DNA from: Bacillota bacterium
GTDB taxonomy: Bacteria; Bacillota; Clostridia; Christensenellales; SZUA-584
NCBI GenBank assembly: GCA_023436115.1
Contig: JAEZKQ010000027.1
Location: forward strand, 4,645 to 68,644
Direction of reading: 5' to 3'
DNA length: 64,000 bases
Shown: one piece after another, positions 46,128 to 57,324 of the stretch
Numbering within the stretch: position 1 is the stretch's first letter
Layout: each line of letters begins with the position of its first letter
Notes under the pieces: generated by a model
What the model saw: only the letters and a program-made list of their open reading frames with translations
Told to the model about the DNA's origin: nothing
Databases searched by the model: none
Translations under genes and position numbers: made by a program

Positions 46128-47255
46128 ATGGTTGAGATAAAAGAAGTCTTAAGCAAGAGTGATCTTAAGAAATACGTCTGTTTCCCGGATACGCTTTACA
46201 AAGGTGTAAAATACTATATCCCTGAGCTTAAATCTGAAGAATACTCCATGTACTCACCCGAAACAAATTTTTCATTTGAATATTGCGATGCGAGGTTCTT
46301 TCTTGCTTATAAAAACGGCAAGTTAGCAGGCCGTATCGGCGCTATTGTCAACAAGAGATCCAACGAAGTCTGGAATCAGAAACAGATACGTGTGACACGC
46401 GTCGATTTTATAGACGACTTAGAAGTGTCCGGCGCACTTTTCGGCGCTGTGGAAGGCTGGGCGAAAGAACTGGGGCTCACCGAAGCGCATGGCCCTTTAG
46501 GCTTTACCGACCTTGATAAAGAAGGCTTGCTGGTGGAAGGCTTTGACCGCATGGGTTCCACCGTGACCATATACAACTTCCCTTATTATCCGAAGCATTT
46601 TGAAGCTCATGGCTATGTGAAGGATATTGACTGGGTGGAATACCGCATCCGCGTACCCGAAAAGGGAGACCAGCGTGTGGCGCGTGTGAGTAGGCTGGCG
46701 GAAAAGGTGATGGAGCGCTCTAATGTACGGTTTTTCAATATCAAAAAGATAAAAGAAGCGGCGCCCATCGTCGTTCAGCTTTTCGACCTCTTAAGCGAGT
46801 GCTATAAAGAGCTGTATGGTGTAGTGCCGTATACCGAAAAGGTCGCAAAGGATTATCTGCGGCGTTTTACACCGCTGCTGAATCCCGAATTTGCTAAATT
46901 CATTGTGGATGAAAACGATAAGCTTATTGCTTTCGGACTTGCCGCGCCGTCGCTTGCCGAGGCTTTTAAAAAGTCGCGCGGGCGCATGCTGCCGCTAGGA
47001 TGGTATCATTTGCTTCGTGCCGTCAAGAATCCTAAGGAACTTGAGCTTTATTTGGTGGCCGTTCATCCCGACTATCAAAAAGCGGGGCTTGCCGCTCTGC
47101 TCATGAACGATATTACCGCTTCGGCAATGCGCAGAGGCATCAAGTATGCCGAATCTTCACCCGAGCTGGAAGACAATAAAAAGGTGCAGGATTTCTGGAA
47201 AAACTATGATGTGGAGCAGCACAAACGCCGCCGATGCTACAAGAAAACGCTGTAA
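46128..47255 (+). CDS. Large GNAT-like acyltransferase-fold protein of unknown function
   Basis: It is about 375 aa with an N-terminal pattern FPDTLYKGVKYYIPEL...FFLAYKNGKLAGRIGAI. The C-terminal region is acetyl-CoA-site-like (VHPDYQKAGLAALL). Confidence 0.55.
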   Translation: MVEIKEVLSKSDLKKYVCFPDTLYKGVKYYIPELKSEEYSMYSPETNFSFEYCDARFFLAYKNGKLAGRIGAIVNKRSNEVWNQKQIRVTRVDFIDDLEVSGALFGAVEGWAKELGLTEAHGPLGFTDLDKEGLLVEGFDRMGSTVTIYNFPYYPKHFEAHGYVKDIDWVEYRIRVPEKGDQRVARVSRLAEKVMERSNVRFFNIKKIKEAAPIVVQLFDLLSECYKELYGVVPYTEKVAKDYLRRFTPLLNPEFAKFIVDENDKLIAFGLAAPSLAEAFKKSRGRMLPLGWYHLLRAVKNPKELELYLVAVHPDYQKAGLAALLMNDITASAMRRGIKYAESSPELEDNKKVQDFWKNYDVEQHKRRRCYKKTL

Positions 47256-47257
47256 CC

Positions 47258-48037
47258 TTACGCATTAAGTTCAAAGACACGCTCATTTCGGGCTGCGCTG
47301 AGCATCACGGCCTCCTCCATTGTGTATAAACCATGATCTTTGCCGAGCAGCCACTTGGAGGCGTATATAGCGCCTTGTCCGAAGGCCGCACGGTTGATGG
47401 ATTCATGGATAATGCGTATCGTCTGATTGGGCAAACCGAATACCACTTCATGCTTGCCGACGATTCCGCCGACACGTATCGAATTCACATGGTTTTGCGT
47501 ATCCAGCCCTAAGTCTTCAGCAATACGCAGCGCCGTACCTGACACATCCGGCTTGCCTTTAAAATGTTCTTCAATGATCTCAATATCAGCTTCAGGTACA
47601 ATACGCTGCAACACCTTGGAGGCTTCTATCAAAAAATTAATACCCAGCGTAATGTTGGGCGAATAGAGTACAGCCACGTTTTCGCCAAGCTCTTTTAACT
47701 GCTTGAGTTGTTTTTTCTCGTATTTTGAAATGGCTGAAACTATACGCGTTCCGTATCTTGCGGCGTTTTTATACGTCTCCACGGCGCTGCTGGCGCTAAA
47801 GTCAATAATGACATCCACAAAATTCTCCTCAAAGAAAGTCTGCGTGTCGATGGAATCGATCGAGTATATTTTGCCCTGGTTCGTCTCAAAACCCATGAGA
47901 CGGCTGGCATACTCGCCCTCATTGCGTTTTGACTTGCGCAGTACCCACACTAATTCACAGTCTTCATCCTTTATGATCTCCTGTGCCACGATGGAGCCCG
48001 TCTTTCCAAAACCACACATACCGACACTTATCTTCAT
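47258..48037 (-). CDS. Dihydrodipicolinate reductase (DapB) family protein, divergent
   Basis: It has an N-terminal Rossmann motif GFGKTGS. EEHFKGKPDVSGTAL corresponds to the DapB ExHHxxKxDAPSGTA motif with the second His replaced. AGGAGG precedes ATG 48037. Confidence 0.6.
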   Translation of the reverse strand: MKISVGMCGFGKTGSIVAQEIIKDEDCELVWVLRKSKRNEGEYASRLMGFETNQGKIYSIDSIDTQTFFEENFVDVIIDFSASSAVETYKNAARYGTRIVSAISKYEKKQLKQLKELGENVAVLYSPNITLGINFLIEASKVLQRIVPEADIEIIEEHFKGKPDVSGTALRIAEDLGLDTQNHVNSIRVGGIVGKHEVVFGLPNQTIRIIHESINRAAFGQGAIYASKWLLGKDHGLYTMEEAVMLSAARNERVFELNA

Positions 48038-48527
48038 CAAATTCCTCCTTTTAAACCAACTTACCTTCTTTAAAAGCGTAAACTTAAACAGGTCTACTGA
48101 ACGAACAATAAGGCCTTGAAAATATATACAAAAAGCAAAACCCAAAATACATTTGCGTTTTCGTGATCAATCTATTTACTTTTCTCCCGATGCTTAAACA
48201 TCAGGACCGCCAATACCGCCACGTTAAAAATAAGGAAACAACCCACCGGAAACCCGCATTTTTTGTATCCATAAAACGTTTAAGAAGTGCAAATCGTCTA
48301 TGGCACATGATCCGTTCTTTTAAGCGGACGAGTTTCCAAATAGCCATTGGCATATCGAATATGGTTGCTTTATTATCATACCATACCTAGCTAGGTGGTG
48401 CAAGCTTTGAAGCCAATAGACAAAAATATCACAAAATTCAAAATTCATATGACATTTGAAATCAAGACCCTTTTCTATTATCATGCAAGGGTGTATACTT
48501 GCTTTTAGTGAAAATATGGAGATAAAT

Positions 48528-51500
48528 ATGGATAAACTCAGCGTCCGTTTCGGACTCGACATCGGCTCAACAACCGTTAAATGCATTGTGATGAGCGGCA
48601 GCAATGTCATTTTCAGCGAATATAAAAGACACTTCAGTGATATCACACAAAGCGTTCTTGATATGCTTGCCAGAGCCTATGATAAGCTTGGCGACTTAAA
48701 TATGTATATACTGGTTACCGGCTCGGGCGGACTGTCGGTAGGCAAATGGCTGGGTGTGCCGTTTGTTCAGGAGGTCGTGGCGGCGAGCAGCGCCGTCAAA
48801 GCCTTTATACCCGGAACCGATGTGGCAATTGAGTTGGGCGGCGAGGACGCAAAAATCACTTACTTCTCGGGCAGCACAGAACAGCGCATGAACGGCACCT
48901 GCGCCGGCGGCACCGGGGCTTTTATCGATCAGATGGCTTCACTGCTGGAAACGGATGCGGCGGGATTAAATCTGCTCGCGGCCAGATCCACTCATACCTA
49001 CGACATCGCGGCCCGGTGCGGCGTCTTTGCCAAAAGCGACATACAGCCGCTCATCAACGAGGGCGCGGCGCGCGAAGATATCGCAGCATCCGTGTTTCAG
49101 GCTGTGGTCAACCAAACCATCAGCGGACTGGCCTGCGGCCGTCCGATACGCGGAAAGGTGGCCTTTCTTGGCGGCCCGCTTCACTTTCTGCCCGCGCTCA
49201 AAGAGAGATTTGTCAAGACGCTGCATCTGCGTGACGAGGATATAATGAGCACGCCTCACGCCATGATGTTTGTGGCCGCTGGCGCAGCGATGATGGCCGA
49301 TCAAACACAGATACGCTTATCAGAGCTGCTAAAGCGCGCAAAGGCCGTATCCGCATTTGAAGATACCTCCGTTTGTCTTCCCCCGCTGTTTGCCGATAAA
49401 CATGACTATGCTGCTTTTAAAAACCGCCATGCTCAGGCCAGCGTGCCCATTAAGCCCATTGAAGCTTGCAGCGGCCCGTGCTATCTGGGTATCGATGCGG
49501 GTTCCACCACCACCAAGGCCGTGCTTTTAAACGACGGTGACATTGTGTATTCCCACTATGGGGCGAATAAAGGCCGCCCCTTAGACATGATATGCGAAAT
49601 TGTCACGGATATCTATAAACGCCTCCCCGAGAGCGCTTACATCGCGTATTCGGCATCCACGGGCTACGGTGAAAATCTGGCCAAGGCTGCGTTTTCACTG
49701 GATACGAGCGAAGTGGAAACCGTCGCCCATTACACCGCGGCACGCTATTTCCGTCCCGATACCGATTTTATACTCGATATCGGCGGGCAGGATATGAAAT
49801 GCATGCGCACCAAAGACGGGGTGATCGACGAGGTCATATTGAACGAAGCCTGCTCGTCGGGCTGCGGTTCTTTTTTAGAGACCTTTGCGGCATCCTTATC
49901 GTGCAGCATACAGGAATTCTCGCAGGCCGCTTTGTTTGCGCCGCAGCCTGTGGACTTAGGCAGCCGCTGTACTGTATTCATGAACTCCAAGGTGCGCCAG
50001 GCGCAAAAGGAAGGTGCAACGCTGGGCGGTATTTCCGCAGGGCTTTCTTATTCCGTGGTCAAAAACGCGCTTTATAAAGTCATCAAGCTCAAAAATCCCG
50101 ATGAATTGGGTAAAAGCGTGGTTGTACAGGGCGGTACATTCCTAAACGACGCGGTGCTGCGCGCGCTTGAGCTGCTCTCGGGCCGTGAAGTCGTACGCCC
50201 CACGATCGCTGGGCTTATGGGCGCGTATGGTGCGGCGCTGATAGCTAAAGACCGCTGCCCTTCCGGCGCGGTATCCGGTATGCTCTCTGCTCAGGCCCTT
50301 GAGGAAATGAACATAACGCAGACACACGCACGGTGCTCACGCTGCGAAAACAACTGCCGCCTCACGGTCAGCCATTTCGGCGATGGGCGCAAGTTCGTAT
50401 CGGGCAATCGCTGTGAACGCGGCGGTATGCAGGGCTCGGAGCATAAGAACAAGCTGCCCGACATGTACGATTACACATATAAAAGATTGTTTGATTATCA
50501 ACCGCTTCAACAAGATGAAGCCAAGCGCGGCACCATCGGCATTCCGCGTGTGCTGGGTATTTACGAAAACTACCCGTTCTGGCATACTTTTTTTACGGCG
50601 CTGTCTTACCGTGTCGTGATTTCACCGCGCTCCACACGCAGCGTTTATACGGCGGGTATCGAAAGCATACCTTCGGAATCGCTCTGTTATCCGGCCAAAC
50701 TGGCTCATGGCGCGGTGCGCAAGCTGATCGACGGCGGCGTAAAGACCATTTTCTTTCCCTGCGTACCCTATGAGAAAAAAGAGCAAAAGAAAGCGGCTAA
50801 CAACTTCAACTGCCCGATTGTGACGTCGTATCCTGAAAATATCAAAAACAACATGCCGGAAATCAAGGAAAACGGCGTGACGCTGCTGATGCCGTTTTTG
50901 CCTATGGACACCATCAGCAGGCTCACAAGAAGGCTTGTCGAGGAATTCCCGGATATACCGGCCCATGAGGTGAAACGTGCGGCCAAGCTGGCGTGGAAAG
51001 AAAAGCTTCATTTCCAAAGCGATATCCGGCATCAGGGCGAAAAAATACTGGCCAAGGTCAGGCGCGGTGAGATGCAGGCTATCATACTGGGCGGGCGGCC
51101 ATACCATATCGACCCGGAGATCAACCACGGCATATCGTCCATCATCACATCGCTGGGGTTCGCGGTACTCACGGAACAAAGCGTGGCGCACCTTGGCGAA
51201 TACCGTCCTTTGCGCGTTCTCGATCAATGGATGTTCCATACACGCATCTATGCGGCGGCGCATCTCGCCGGACGCACGGAAGGACTAGAGCTTGTCCAGC
51301 TCAACTCGTTCGGATGCGGCCTGGACGCGGTGGTCACCGACCAAACACAGGAGATACTCAAGGCTTACGGCAAGATATACACGCTGCTGAAGATTGACGA
51401 GATCAACAACACAGGCGCGATACGCATCAGGTTGCGCTCTCTCGCAGCTGCTGTATCAGAACGTAAGAAAAGGCGTGTGATCGACGATATCGCAGATGCC

Positions 51501-52763
51501 GTTAAGCATCGCGCCGTTGAGTACAAAAAAGTTGTTTTTGAAAAGTTCATGAAAAAGGACTTTACGATACTTTCGCCGCAGATGTCGCCCATCCATTTTG
51601 ACTTTTTACGCGCCGCTTTTGAGTCCTCGGGCTACCGGTTCGAGCTGCTGCCATCGGTGGATACGGCGGCTGTAGAAGAGGGTTTGAAATACGTCAACAA
51701 CGACGCGTGCTATCCGTCCATTATCGTCACAGGCCAGCTTATTGAAGCCGTCAAATCCGGCCGGTATAACACCGATAAGCTTGCGTGCATCATCACCCAG
51801 ACAGGCGGCGGGTGCCGCGCGTCCAACTATATCGGCTTTATCCGTAAAGCGCTCAAAGACGCGGGTTATCCGCATATTCCCGTCATTTCACTGAGCGCGG
51901 CAAGGCTAGAAAAGCATCCCGGGTTTAAGATCACGCTGGGCATGCTCAGACGTGCCATGCGCGGTATGATTTACGGCGACCTGCTCAACAGGCTGACATT
52001 GGCTACGCGCCCTTATGAGCTAAATCCCGGCGATACGCAGGCGGCTTATATCAAGTGGCGTGATATTGCGCTGGCGAACATTAAAAAGCTCAATCACCGC
52101 CTGTTTAAACGCAACATTATCGATATGGTCAGTGAGTTCGATGCCATCCCTGTCACCGATGAGAAAAAACCCGTGATCGGTGTGGTCGGCGAGATACTGG
52201 TGAAATATCACCCCACGGCGAACAACCAGATCATTAAGGTTTTGGAGGACGAGGGTGCCGAAGTGAAGGTGCCTGACCTCATCGATTTTCTGCTGTATTG
52301 CGCATACAATATGAATTTCAAACATGAGGTGCTTAAGCGACCCAAGCTGTTCGCGCATTTTGGCAATATCGCTATTTCCATGATAGAGAATTCGCGCAAG
52401 CTCATGCGCAGGGTGCTCAGCCAAAGCCGCCGTTTCTCCGCGCCGTCTTTTATCGAAGAGAAGGCAAAAGCCGCGTCTGAATTCCTGTCTATCGGCAATC
52501 AAACGGGCGAAGGTTGGTTCTTAACGGGCGAAATGGCTGAGTTGCTTAAAGAAGGCGCGGATGGTATCGTCTGCGTACAGCCTTTTGCGTGTCTGCCTAA
52601 CCACATTGTGGGCAAGGGTGTGATACAGCCCATACGCGCGCGTTTCCCCGAGGCCAACATCGTCGCGATCGACTACGACCCGGGCGCAAGCGAGGTCAAT
52701 CAGCTCAACCGTATCAAGCTTATGCTTTCGTTGGCTCATGACAAGATCAACAAAGTCGGTTAA
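48528..52763 (+). CDS. Fusion protein: two BcrAD/BadFG-type ATPase (activase) domains plus a Cys-rich linker plus two 2-hydroxyacyl-CoA-dehydratase-like/DUF2229 domains
   Basis: LDIGSTTVK and GIDAGSTTTK are ASKHA phosphate-1 motifs. The cluster Cys pairs are NGTCAGGTG/ARCGVF and NEACSSGCG/SRCTVF. The linker reads CSRCENNCRL...GNRCERG. The C-terminal half carries ESLCYPAKLAHG, NDACYPS and GGGCRASNY. GGAG precedes ATG 48528. Confidence 0.85.
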   Translation: MDKLSVRFGLDIGSTTVKCIVMSGSNVIFSEYKRHFSDITQSVLDMLARAYDKLGDLNMYILVTGSGGLSVGKWLGVPFVQEVVAASSAVKAFIPGTDVAIELGGEDAKITYFSGSTEQRMNGTCAGGTGAFIDQMASLLETDAAGLNLLAARSTHTYDIAARCGVFAKSDIQPLINEGAAREDIAASVFQAVVNQTISGLACGRPIRGKVAFLGGPLHFLPALKERFVKTLHLRDEDIMSTPHAMMFVAAGAAMMADQTQIRLSELLKRAKAVSAFEDTSVCLPPLFADKHDYAAFKNRHAQASVPIKPIEACSGPCYLGIDAGSTTTKAVLLNDGDIVYSHYGANKGRPLDMICEIVTDIYKRLPESAYIAYSASTGYGENLAKAAFSLDTSEVETVAHYTAARYFRPDTDFILDIGGQDMKCMRTKDGVIDEVILNEACSSGCGSFLETFAASLSCSIQEFSQAALFAPQPVDLGSRCTVFMNSKVRQAQKEGATLGGISAGLSYSVVKNALYKVIKLKNPDELGKSVVVQGGTFLNDAVLRALELLSGREVVRPTIAGLMGAYGAALIAKDRCPSGAVSGMLSAQALEEMNITQTHARCSRCENNCRLTVSHFGDGRKFVSGNRCERGGMQGSEHKNKLPDMYDYTYKRLFDYQPLQQDEAKRGTIGIPRVLGIYENYPFWHTFFTALSYRVVISPRSTRSVYTAGIESIPSESLCYPAKLAHGAVRKLIDGGVKTIFFPCVPYEKKEQKKAANNFNCPIVTSYPENIKNNMPEIKENGVTLLMPFLPMDTISRLTRRLVEEFPDIPAHEVKRAAKLAWKEKLHFQSDIRHQGEKILAKVRRGEMQAIILGGRPYHIDPEINHGISSIITSLGFAVLTEQSVAHLGEYRPLRVLDQWMFHTRIYAAAHLAGRTEGLELVQLNSFGCGLDAVVTDQTQEILKAYGKIYTLLKIDEINNTGAIRIRLRSLAAAVSERKKRRVIDDIADAVKHRAVEYKKVVFEKFMKKDFTILSPQMSPIHFDFLRAAFESSGYRFELLPSVDTAAVEEGLKYVNNDACYPSIIVTGQLIEAVKSGRYNTDKLACIITQTGGGCRASNYIGFIRKALKDAGYPHIPVISLSAARLEKHPGFKITLGMLRRAMRGMIYGDLLNRLTLATRPYELNPGDTQAAYIKWRDIALANIKKLNHRLFKRNIIDMVSEFDAIPVTDEKKPVIGVVGEILVKYHPTANNQIIKVLEDEGAEVKVPDLIDFLLYCAYNMNFKHEVLKRPKLFAHFGNIAISMIENSRKLMRRVLSQSRRFSAPSFIEEKAKAASEFLSIGNQTGEGWFLTGEMAELLKEGADGIVCVQPFACLPNHIVGKGVIQPIRARFPEANIVAIDYDPGASEVNQLNRIKLMLSLAHDKINKVG

Positions 52764-52790
52764 AGTTCGACTATAATTCACAAGCGATTA

Positions 52791-52826
52791 AAAAGGCTGC
52801 CTTTCAACCTTTCAGCAGCCTTTTTA
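52791..52826. terminator. Bidirectional terminator between convergent genes
   Basis: AAAAGGCTGC-loop-GCAGCCTTTT is flanked by A and T runs. Confidence 0.65.
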
Positions 52827-52853
52827 ACAGAAAGAATCGGAAGTTCAGTTCGT

Positions 52854-55001
52854 TTAATATTTACCGTAATCCTTATCATCAAGGGCAATGTATGAATCAG
52901 CCAAACTTTCACATGAGGTTTCAGACACATTATCTTGCTTAGGTAAATCTTCGCTTATATGCCGAAGCTCAAATTTCGCAACCATATTGCGCAGCATCTC
53001 CGCTTGGCTGGAAAGCTCTTCACTGGCAGCCGCAGCCTCTTGAGACGTGGCAGAGTTCGTTTGTACCACCTGCAGCATTTGTTCGATACTGCTGTCAATA
53101 TGCGTTATGCCCACAACCTGCTCGTTAGACGCGACCGCGATTTGAGCCACCAGCGCAGCGGCTTTTTCCACACCCGATACGATATCTGATAGCGCACCGG
53201 CTGTTTTATCAGCGATCCTTGTGCCCTCACCCACCATATTGATAGAATTCTCAATTAGTTCCGTGGTCTCTTTCGCGGCCTGTGCGCTTCTCGCGGCAAG
53301 ATTTCTCACTTCATCCGCCACCACAGCAAACCCTCTTCCGTAAGACCCAGCTCTGGCTGCTTCGACCGCGGCGTTAAGCGCCAATATATTTGTCTGGAAC
53401 GCAATGTCGTCGATCACCTTGTTGATCTTGGATATGCTTTCGGAAGAGATTTTTATCTTTTCCATCGCTTGCTGCATCTCCTCCATTTGCCGATTGCCCG
53501 AAACCGCGTCGTTCTTGGCTGCTCTGACAAGCTCATTCGCGTTATCCGCGTTATGGGCGTTTTGGCTGGTTTGTGCCGATATTTGCGCGACGCTGGATGT
53601 TAATTGATCGATTGCGCTCGCTTGCTCGGTCGCGCCTTGAGATATGGTTTGGCTGCCTTCCGAGAGCTGCCTGGTTCCGGATGCCACCTGCGTCGCAGCT
53701 ATATCTATATCCAGGAGCACACTGTTGAAGGAATCAACGCTATTGTTGATCGCTTCTTTCAGCGCCGCAAAGCTGCCTTTGAATTCCGAAGTCAGATTGA
53801 CCGTCAAATCACCTTTTGATATCTTATCCAGTATGTTCGTGATATCACCGATATACGTTTTCAGCGTTGCTATCGTGCTGTTGAGCGCATCCTTAATCAA
53901 CGAGAAATCGCCGCTGAAACTGCCTGTTACGCCGACATCAAGATTGCCATGACTTAGTTCTTTAAGCACATCTGCCGATTCTTTGATAGGCCCAATCATG
54001 GCATCCATTGTCGCGTTGATGCCTTCTACGATTGTGCGGTAAGTCCCCTGATGCTTGCCGGCATCCGCCCGTACACCAAGCTGCCCGTCTATCGCCGCCC
54101 GGATCAGCATATTTGTATCCTGCTCCAGGTCCTTGATGACTTTTAATATGGTTTTTATCGCTTCGCGCATCTGGCCGATTTCGTCTTTTGCAGCCGCGTC
54201 TGTAATCTCGATGCTGGTATCTCCCGCCGCCAGCCGTTTGACGTTGGATGTGAGTTGTTTTATAGGCTTGCTGAAACCACGCGCTGTAAGTAAGCCGATC
54301 AGAACAGACAGCACAATTGCAGCTCCGGCAACGATCATCGTGACTTGGATAACGTTCTTAGCCGTTCTCTCGTTGTCCGTTGCTTGCGACGAGGCATTCT
54401 GTGTCATAGAAAACTTTAATTGCTTAAGCGCATCCTCGACTTTAGCTTCCGCGTTTCTTAAGTCGCCATAGTTCATGAGATCGTCAATAACCGTTTGCGC
54501 GTCACCCTCTTTCACGCTCTCCAACGCTTGATCCAAAAGCGATTTATACGCCTCGTATGTCTCCTGCAGCTTACCCAGCCGCTGGATGTTCTCTCCGGAT
54601 ACAAGCTTCTCTAATATTGTTACGGCAGCCGCATACGACGGATCGTTGACACTGATTCCGGATAAATATTGGCTCCTGTTTTCTTCACCTGCAAGCAGCA
54701 TCTGCCGTAGCAATGTGCACTTTTTTTCAAACGAGTCTGACAGGTCAACAAGACTTCTGTATGGCAGCAATATCCCGGTGTACATTTCGTTGGACGAACT
54801 GCTGACCTGAGTCAGGCTTTCTGAAGCATATATCCCCATCCCCATGGTTATCAGGGCAATAATAAGAAATCCCATCAGAAGACGCGGCGCTATTTTTATA
54901 TTGCTTGCAAAGAATGCTTTCTTCTCCTTTTGCGTTTTAGATGTTCTCACTGCTTGGGGAATTGTCTCTTTTATAGCTTTCGAAATTCTGAAAAGCTTCA
55001 T
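52854..55001 (-). CDS. Methyl-accepting chemotaxis protein with periplasmic 4-helix-bundle-like sensor and multiple HAMP repeats
   Basis: The highly conserved signalling hairpin is present ([20 protein letters not shown]). It has two TMs and HAMP-like repeats. AAGGAGG precedes ATG 55001. Confidence 0.9.
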   Translation of the reverse strand: MKLFRISKAIKETIPQAVRTSKTQKEKKAFFASNIKIAPRLLMGFLIIALITMGMGIYASESLTQVSSSSNEMYTGILLPYRSLVDLSDSFEKKCTLLRQMLLAGEENRSQYLSGISVNDPSYAAAVTILEKLVSGENIQRLGKLQETYEAYKSLLDQALESVKEGDAQTVIDDLMNYGDLRNAEAKVEDALKQLKFSMTQNASSQATDNERTAKNVIQVTMIVAGAAIVLSVLIGLLTARGFSKPIKQLTSNVKRLAAGDTSIEITDAAAKDEIGQMREAIKTILKVIKDLEQDTNMLIRAAIDGQLGVRADAGKHQGTYRTIVEGINATMDAMIGPIKESADVLKELSHGNLDVGVTGSFSGDFSLIKDALNSTIATLKTYIGDITNILDKISKGDLTVNLTSEFKGSFAALKEAINNSVDSFNSVLLDIDIAATQVASGTRQLSEGSQTISQGATEQASAIDQLTSSVAQISAQTSQNAHNADNANELVRAAKNDAVSGNRQMEEMQQAMEKIKISSESISKINKVIDDIAFQTNILALNAAVEAARAGSYGRGFAVVADEVRNLAARSAQAAKETTELIENSINMVGEGTRIADKTAGALSDIVSGVEKAAALVAQIAVASNEQVVGITHIDSSIEQMLQVVQTNSATSQEAAAASEELSSQAEMLRNMVAKFELRHISEDLPKQDNVSETSCESLADSYIALDDKDYGKY

Positions 55002-55206
55002 AAGGCGGCTCCTCCTTGAGCGCAATTTTGATTTGAAACAGACGTTATTATTGTCGAAGCAGTATTGACTTTGTATTGGATTATTTTCCGGATGACAAGA
55101 TCTAAAGGTTTTATCGTCACTTATCTTCACTGTCATTATGCAATTAGAAAAACAAGTAAAAATTCTGCTATTAAAACACCCTGCAAAGTAAATATATTGC
55201 TATATA

Positions 55207-55247
55207 ATAAAAACACTCCTGCATTTTTTTGACTTGCAGAAGTGTTC
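55207..55247 (-). terminator. Intrinsic terminator after hslO
   Basis: The stem pairs CACTTCTGCA with TGCAGGAGTG and is followed by a U-run on the minus strand. Confidence 0.6.
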
Positions 55248-55296
55248 TCACATCAATTATTAGGCATAGCCCGAAACACTGTGGACAATTATCCGG

Positions 55297-56139
55297 CTAG
55301 TCGAGCAACGCTTTAAGCTCGTTCTCGGGTATTGTGTAGTCTTTGCCGCAAAACTGGCAGTTGACATGGGCAAAGCCCTCTTTGTCAAGTATGTCGCGTA
55401 TTTCGTCTTTCCCCAGCCCAGCAATGGCGCCATACACCTTGTCATAGGAACAGTCGCACACAAACTGTGTCTCTCGGGTTTCAAGTATATCGATATCGTC
55501 AAATATGTTTTTGAGCGCCCCTTGGAGCCCCTGCTCCAGCAGCAGCTTGCTGATACCCGCCATATCCGATGCCTTATGTTCCAGCGCCGTGATAATGGTC
55601 TCAGGACAGCCCGGAAGAGGCTGCGCCATAACACCGCCCGAGCAGGCAATCCCGTCTTTATTCACGAGCACACCCAGCGACAAAAGTGTGGGCTGCTGCT
55701 GAGATACGGCGTAGTAATAAGCGAAGTCGTCCCCGATTTCACCCGTGACCAGCTCGACCTGTCCCGTATACGGTTCTCCCGTACCGTAGTCACGAATCAC
55801 GGTGAGCCTGCCTGCTCCGACAGCTCCGCCCACGTCAAGCTTGCCGTTTTTAGGCGGCAAGTCTACTAGCGGATTACCCACGTAGCCCTTCATATTGAGT
55901 TTCCCGTCGCCGCAGACCACGATGCCTTCAAGCGGCCCGTCTCCTTTTATCGTTATGGTCAGCTTGCCTTCGTCCTTAAGCTGGGCAGCCATCATCACGC
56001 CGGCTGTCATTGTTCTGCCTAATGCCGCCGCCGCAATCGGTGATAAATCATGTATCCTTGCGGCCTCTTTAAGCATGTCTGTGGTGTCCGCCGCGGTCAC
56101 CAACACCTCGTTATCCAATACAAAAGCTTTTATCAGCAT
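55297..56139 (-). CDS. hslO: Redox-regulated chaperone Hsp33
   Basis: The C-terminal zinc centre is CDCS...CQFCG, and the N-terminal Hsp33 fold pattern is present. Confidence 0.9.
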   Translation of the reverse strand: MLIKAFVLDNEVLVTAADTTDMLKEAARIHDLSPIAAAALGRTMTAGVMMAAQLKDEGKLTITIKGDGPLEGIVVCGDGKLNMKGYVGNPLVDLPPKNGKLDVGGAVGAGRLTVIRDYGTGEPYTGQVELVTGEIGDDFAYYYAVSQQQPTLLSLGVLVNKDGIACSGGVMAQPLPGCPETIITALEHKASDMAGISKLLLEQGLQGALKNIFDDIDILETRETQFVCDCSYDKVYGAIAGLGKDEIRDILDKEGFAHVNCQFCGKDYTIPENELKALLD

Positions 56140-56166
56140 ACTATTTTGTCTTTTCCTTAATCGTTA

Positions 56167-57165
56167 TTAACTCTTTTGAGCGTTTACTGCGCGGTGCCAT
56201 CGCACCATATCACGTATTGTTTTGAGCAAGGGCCGCGACTTATAACCCAATTTCGCCTGGGCCTTTTCACAAGAAATGCGTGAATTGGACATCAGCACGT
56301 CGATGGAATATTTGGACAATATCGGTTTTTTACGCACCGCCGCATAGTAGACCGGTGCGAAGAAGGCGGCCGTTTTTACAAGCAGCGTGGGCACCTTACG
56401 ACGTTTGATCGTATGGCCTGTGCTTTTTTCCACTGCCTTGATGATATCTTCAAGGCTCGACACACTGCCTGATATGATATAACCTTGACCCTTTTCTCCG
56501 TATTTCCACGCACGGTAAATGCCGTCTGCCACGTCGCGTACATCAACGAAATCATATTTACCGTTAAAATAATACTGTGTCTTTTTTGCGTCTATGTAGC
56601 CCTTTATCGCGTTACCCGTGTAAGACGAACGAAAATCGTAAGGCCCGATGACACCTGTGGGAAAAAGAATAACGGCGTCGAGTCCCTTTTGTATGGCGTT
56701 CATCACTTCGATAGTCGCCATTGCCTTTGATTTGGCGTAAGTCCCCAGCAGATTGTTGACATCCGTATCCAGCGACTCATCGATACTCCCTGCCTCGGGT
56801 TCTCTTAAAGCATGCACGCTCGATATATGCACAAGCCTTTTCACACCCTTTTCCAGGCAGGCCTGCACCACATTACGCGTTCCGCCTACATTCACATCAT
56901 AAATTAGCTTTTTACGAATGCCGGATATCTGCACCAGGCCAGCCAAATGAAAAACAAACTCACATCCGCGCACCGCAGCCGAAACGGCCAGATAATCACG
57001 GATATCACCCCTGACAACCTCTTTGGCATACCTTTCGATATATGATATATCTTCATTTTGCTGAACAAAAAGACGCAGTTCCTTATAGCCCTTATGATAT
57101 AGTGTCTTTACAAGCACATTGCCGATATGGCCGCCGGCACCTGTCACCAATATCACGATAATCAT
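56167..57165 (-). CDS. NAD-dependent epimerase/dehydratase (extended SDR), paralog 1
   Basis: It has VTGAGGHIGN and YAKSK (YxxxK). By eye roughly half of its positions match the adjacent gene. Confidence 0.8.
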   Translation of the reverse strand: MIIVILVTGAGGHIGNVLVKTLYHKGYKELRLFVQQNEDISYIERYAKEVVRGDIRDYLAVSAAVRGCEFVFHLAGLVQISGIRKKLIYDVNVGGTRNVVQACLEKGVKRLVHISSVHALREPEAGSIDESLDTDVNNLLGTYAKSKAMATIEVMNAIQKGLDAVILFPTGVIGPYDFRSSYTGNAIKGYIDAKKTQYYFNGKYDFVDVRDVADGIYRAWKYGEKGQGYIISGSVSSLEDIIKAVEKSTGHTIKRRKVPTLLVKTAAFFAPVYYAAVRKKPILSKYSIDVLMSNSRISCEKAQAKLGYKSRPLLKTIRDMVRWHRAVNAQKS

Positions 57166-57324
57166 CTCCTTTACTTGTTATTACAAATAATAATGACGGC
57201 TTCTTGAAGATTATTATCGTATGGTATCAGTACACTTATATTATACCCGAAAATGAAGTGTTTGTTGTGAATAGTCTGTAAAATAATAACTTTGCAAACG
57301 CTTCTTTTTATAATTGAACCAGCT

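Noticed and set aside
48038-48160. Lysine riboswitch in front of the DapB-like gene
   Set aside because: The leader is short and lacks the L-box conserved blocks. Only weak AT-rich hairpins are present.
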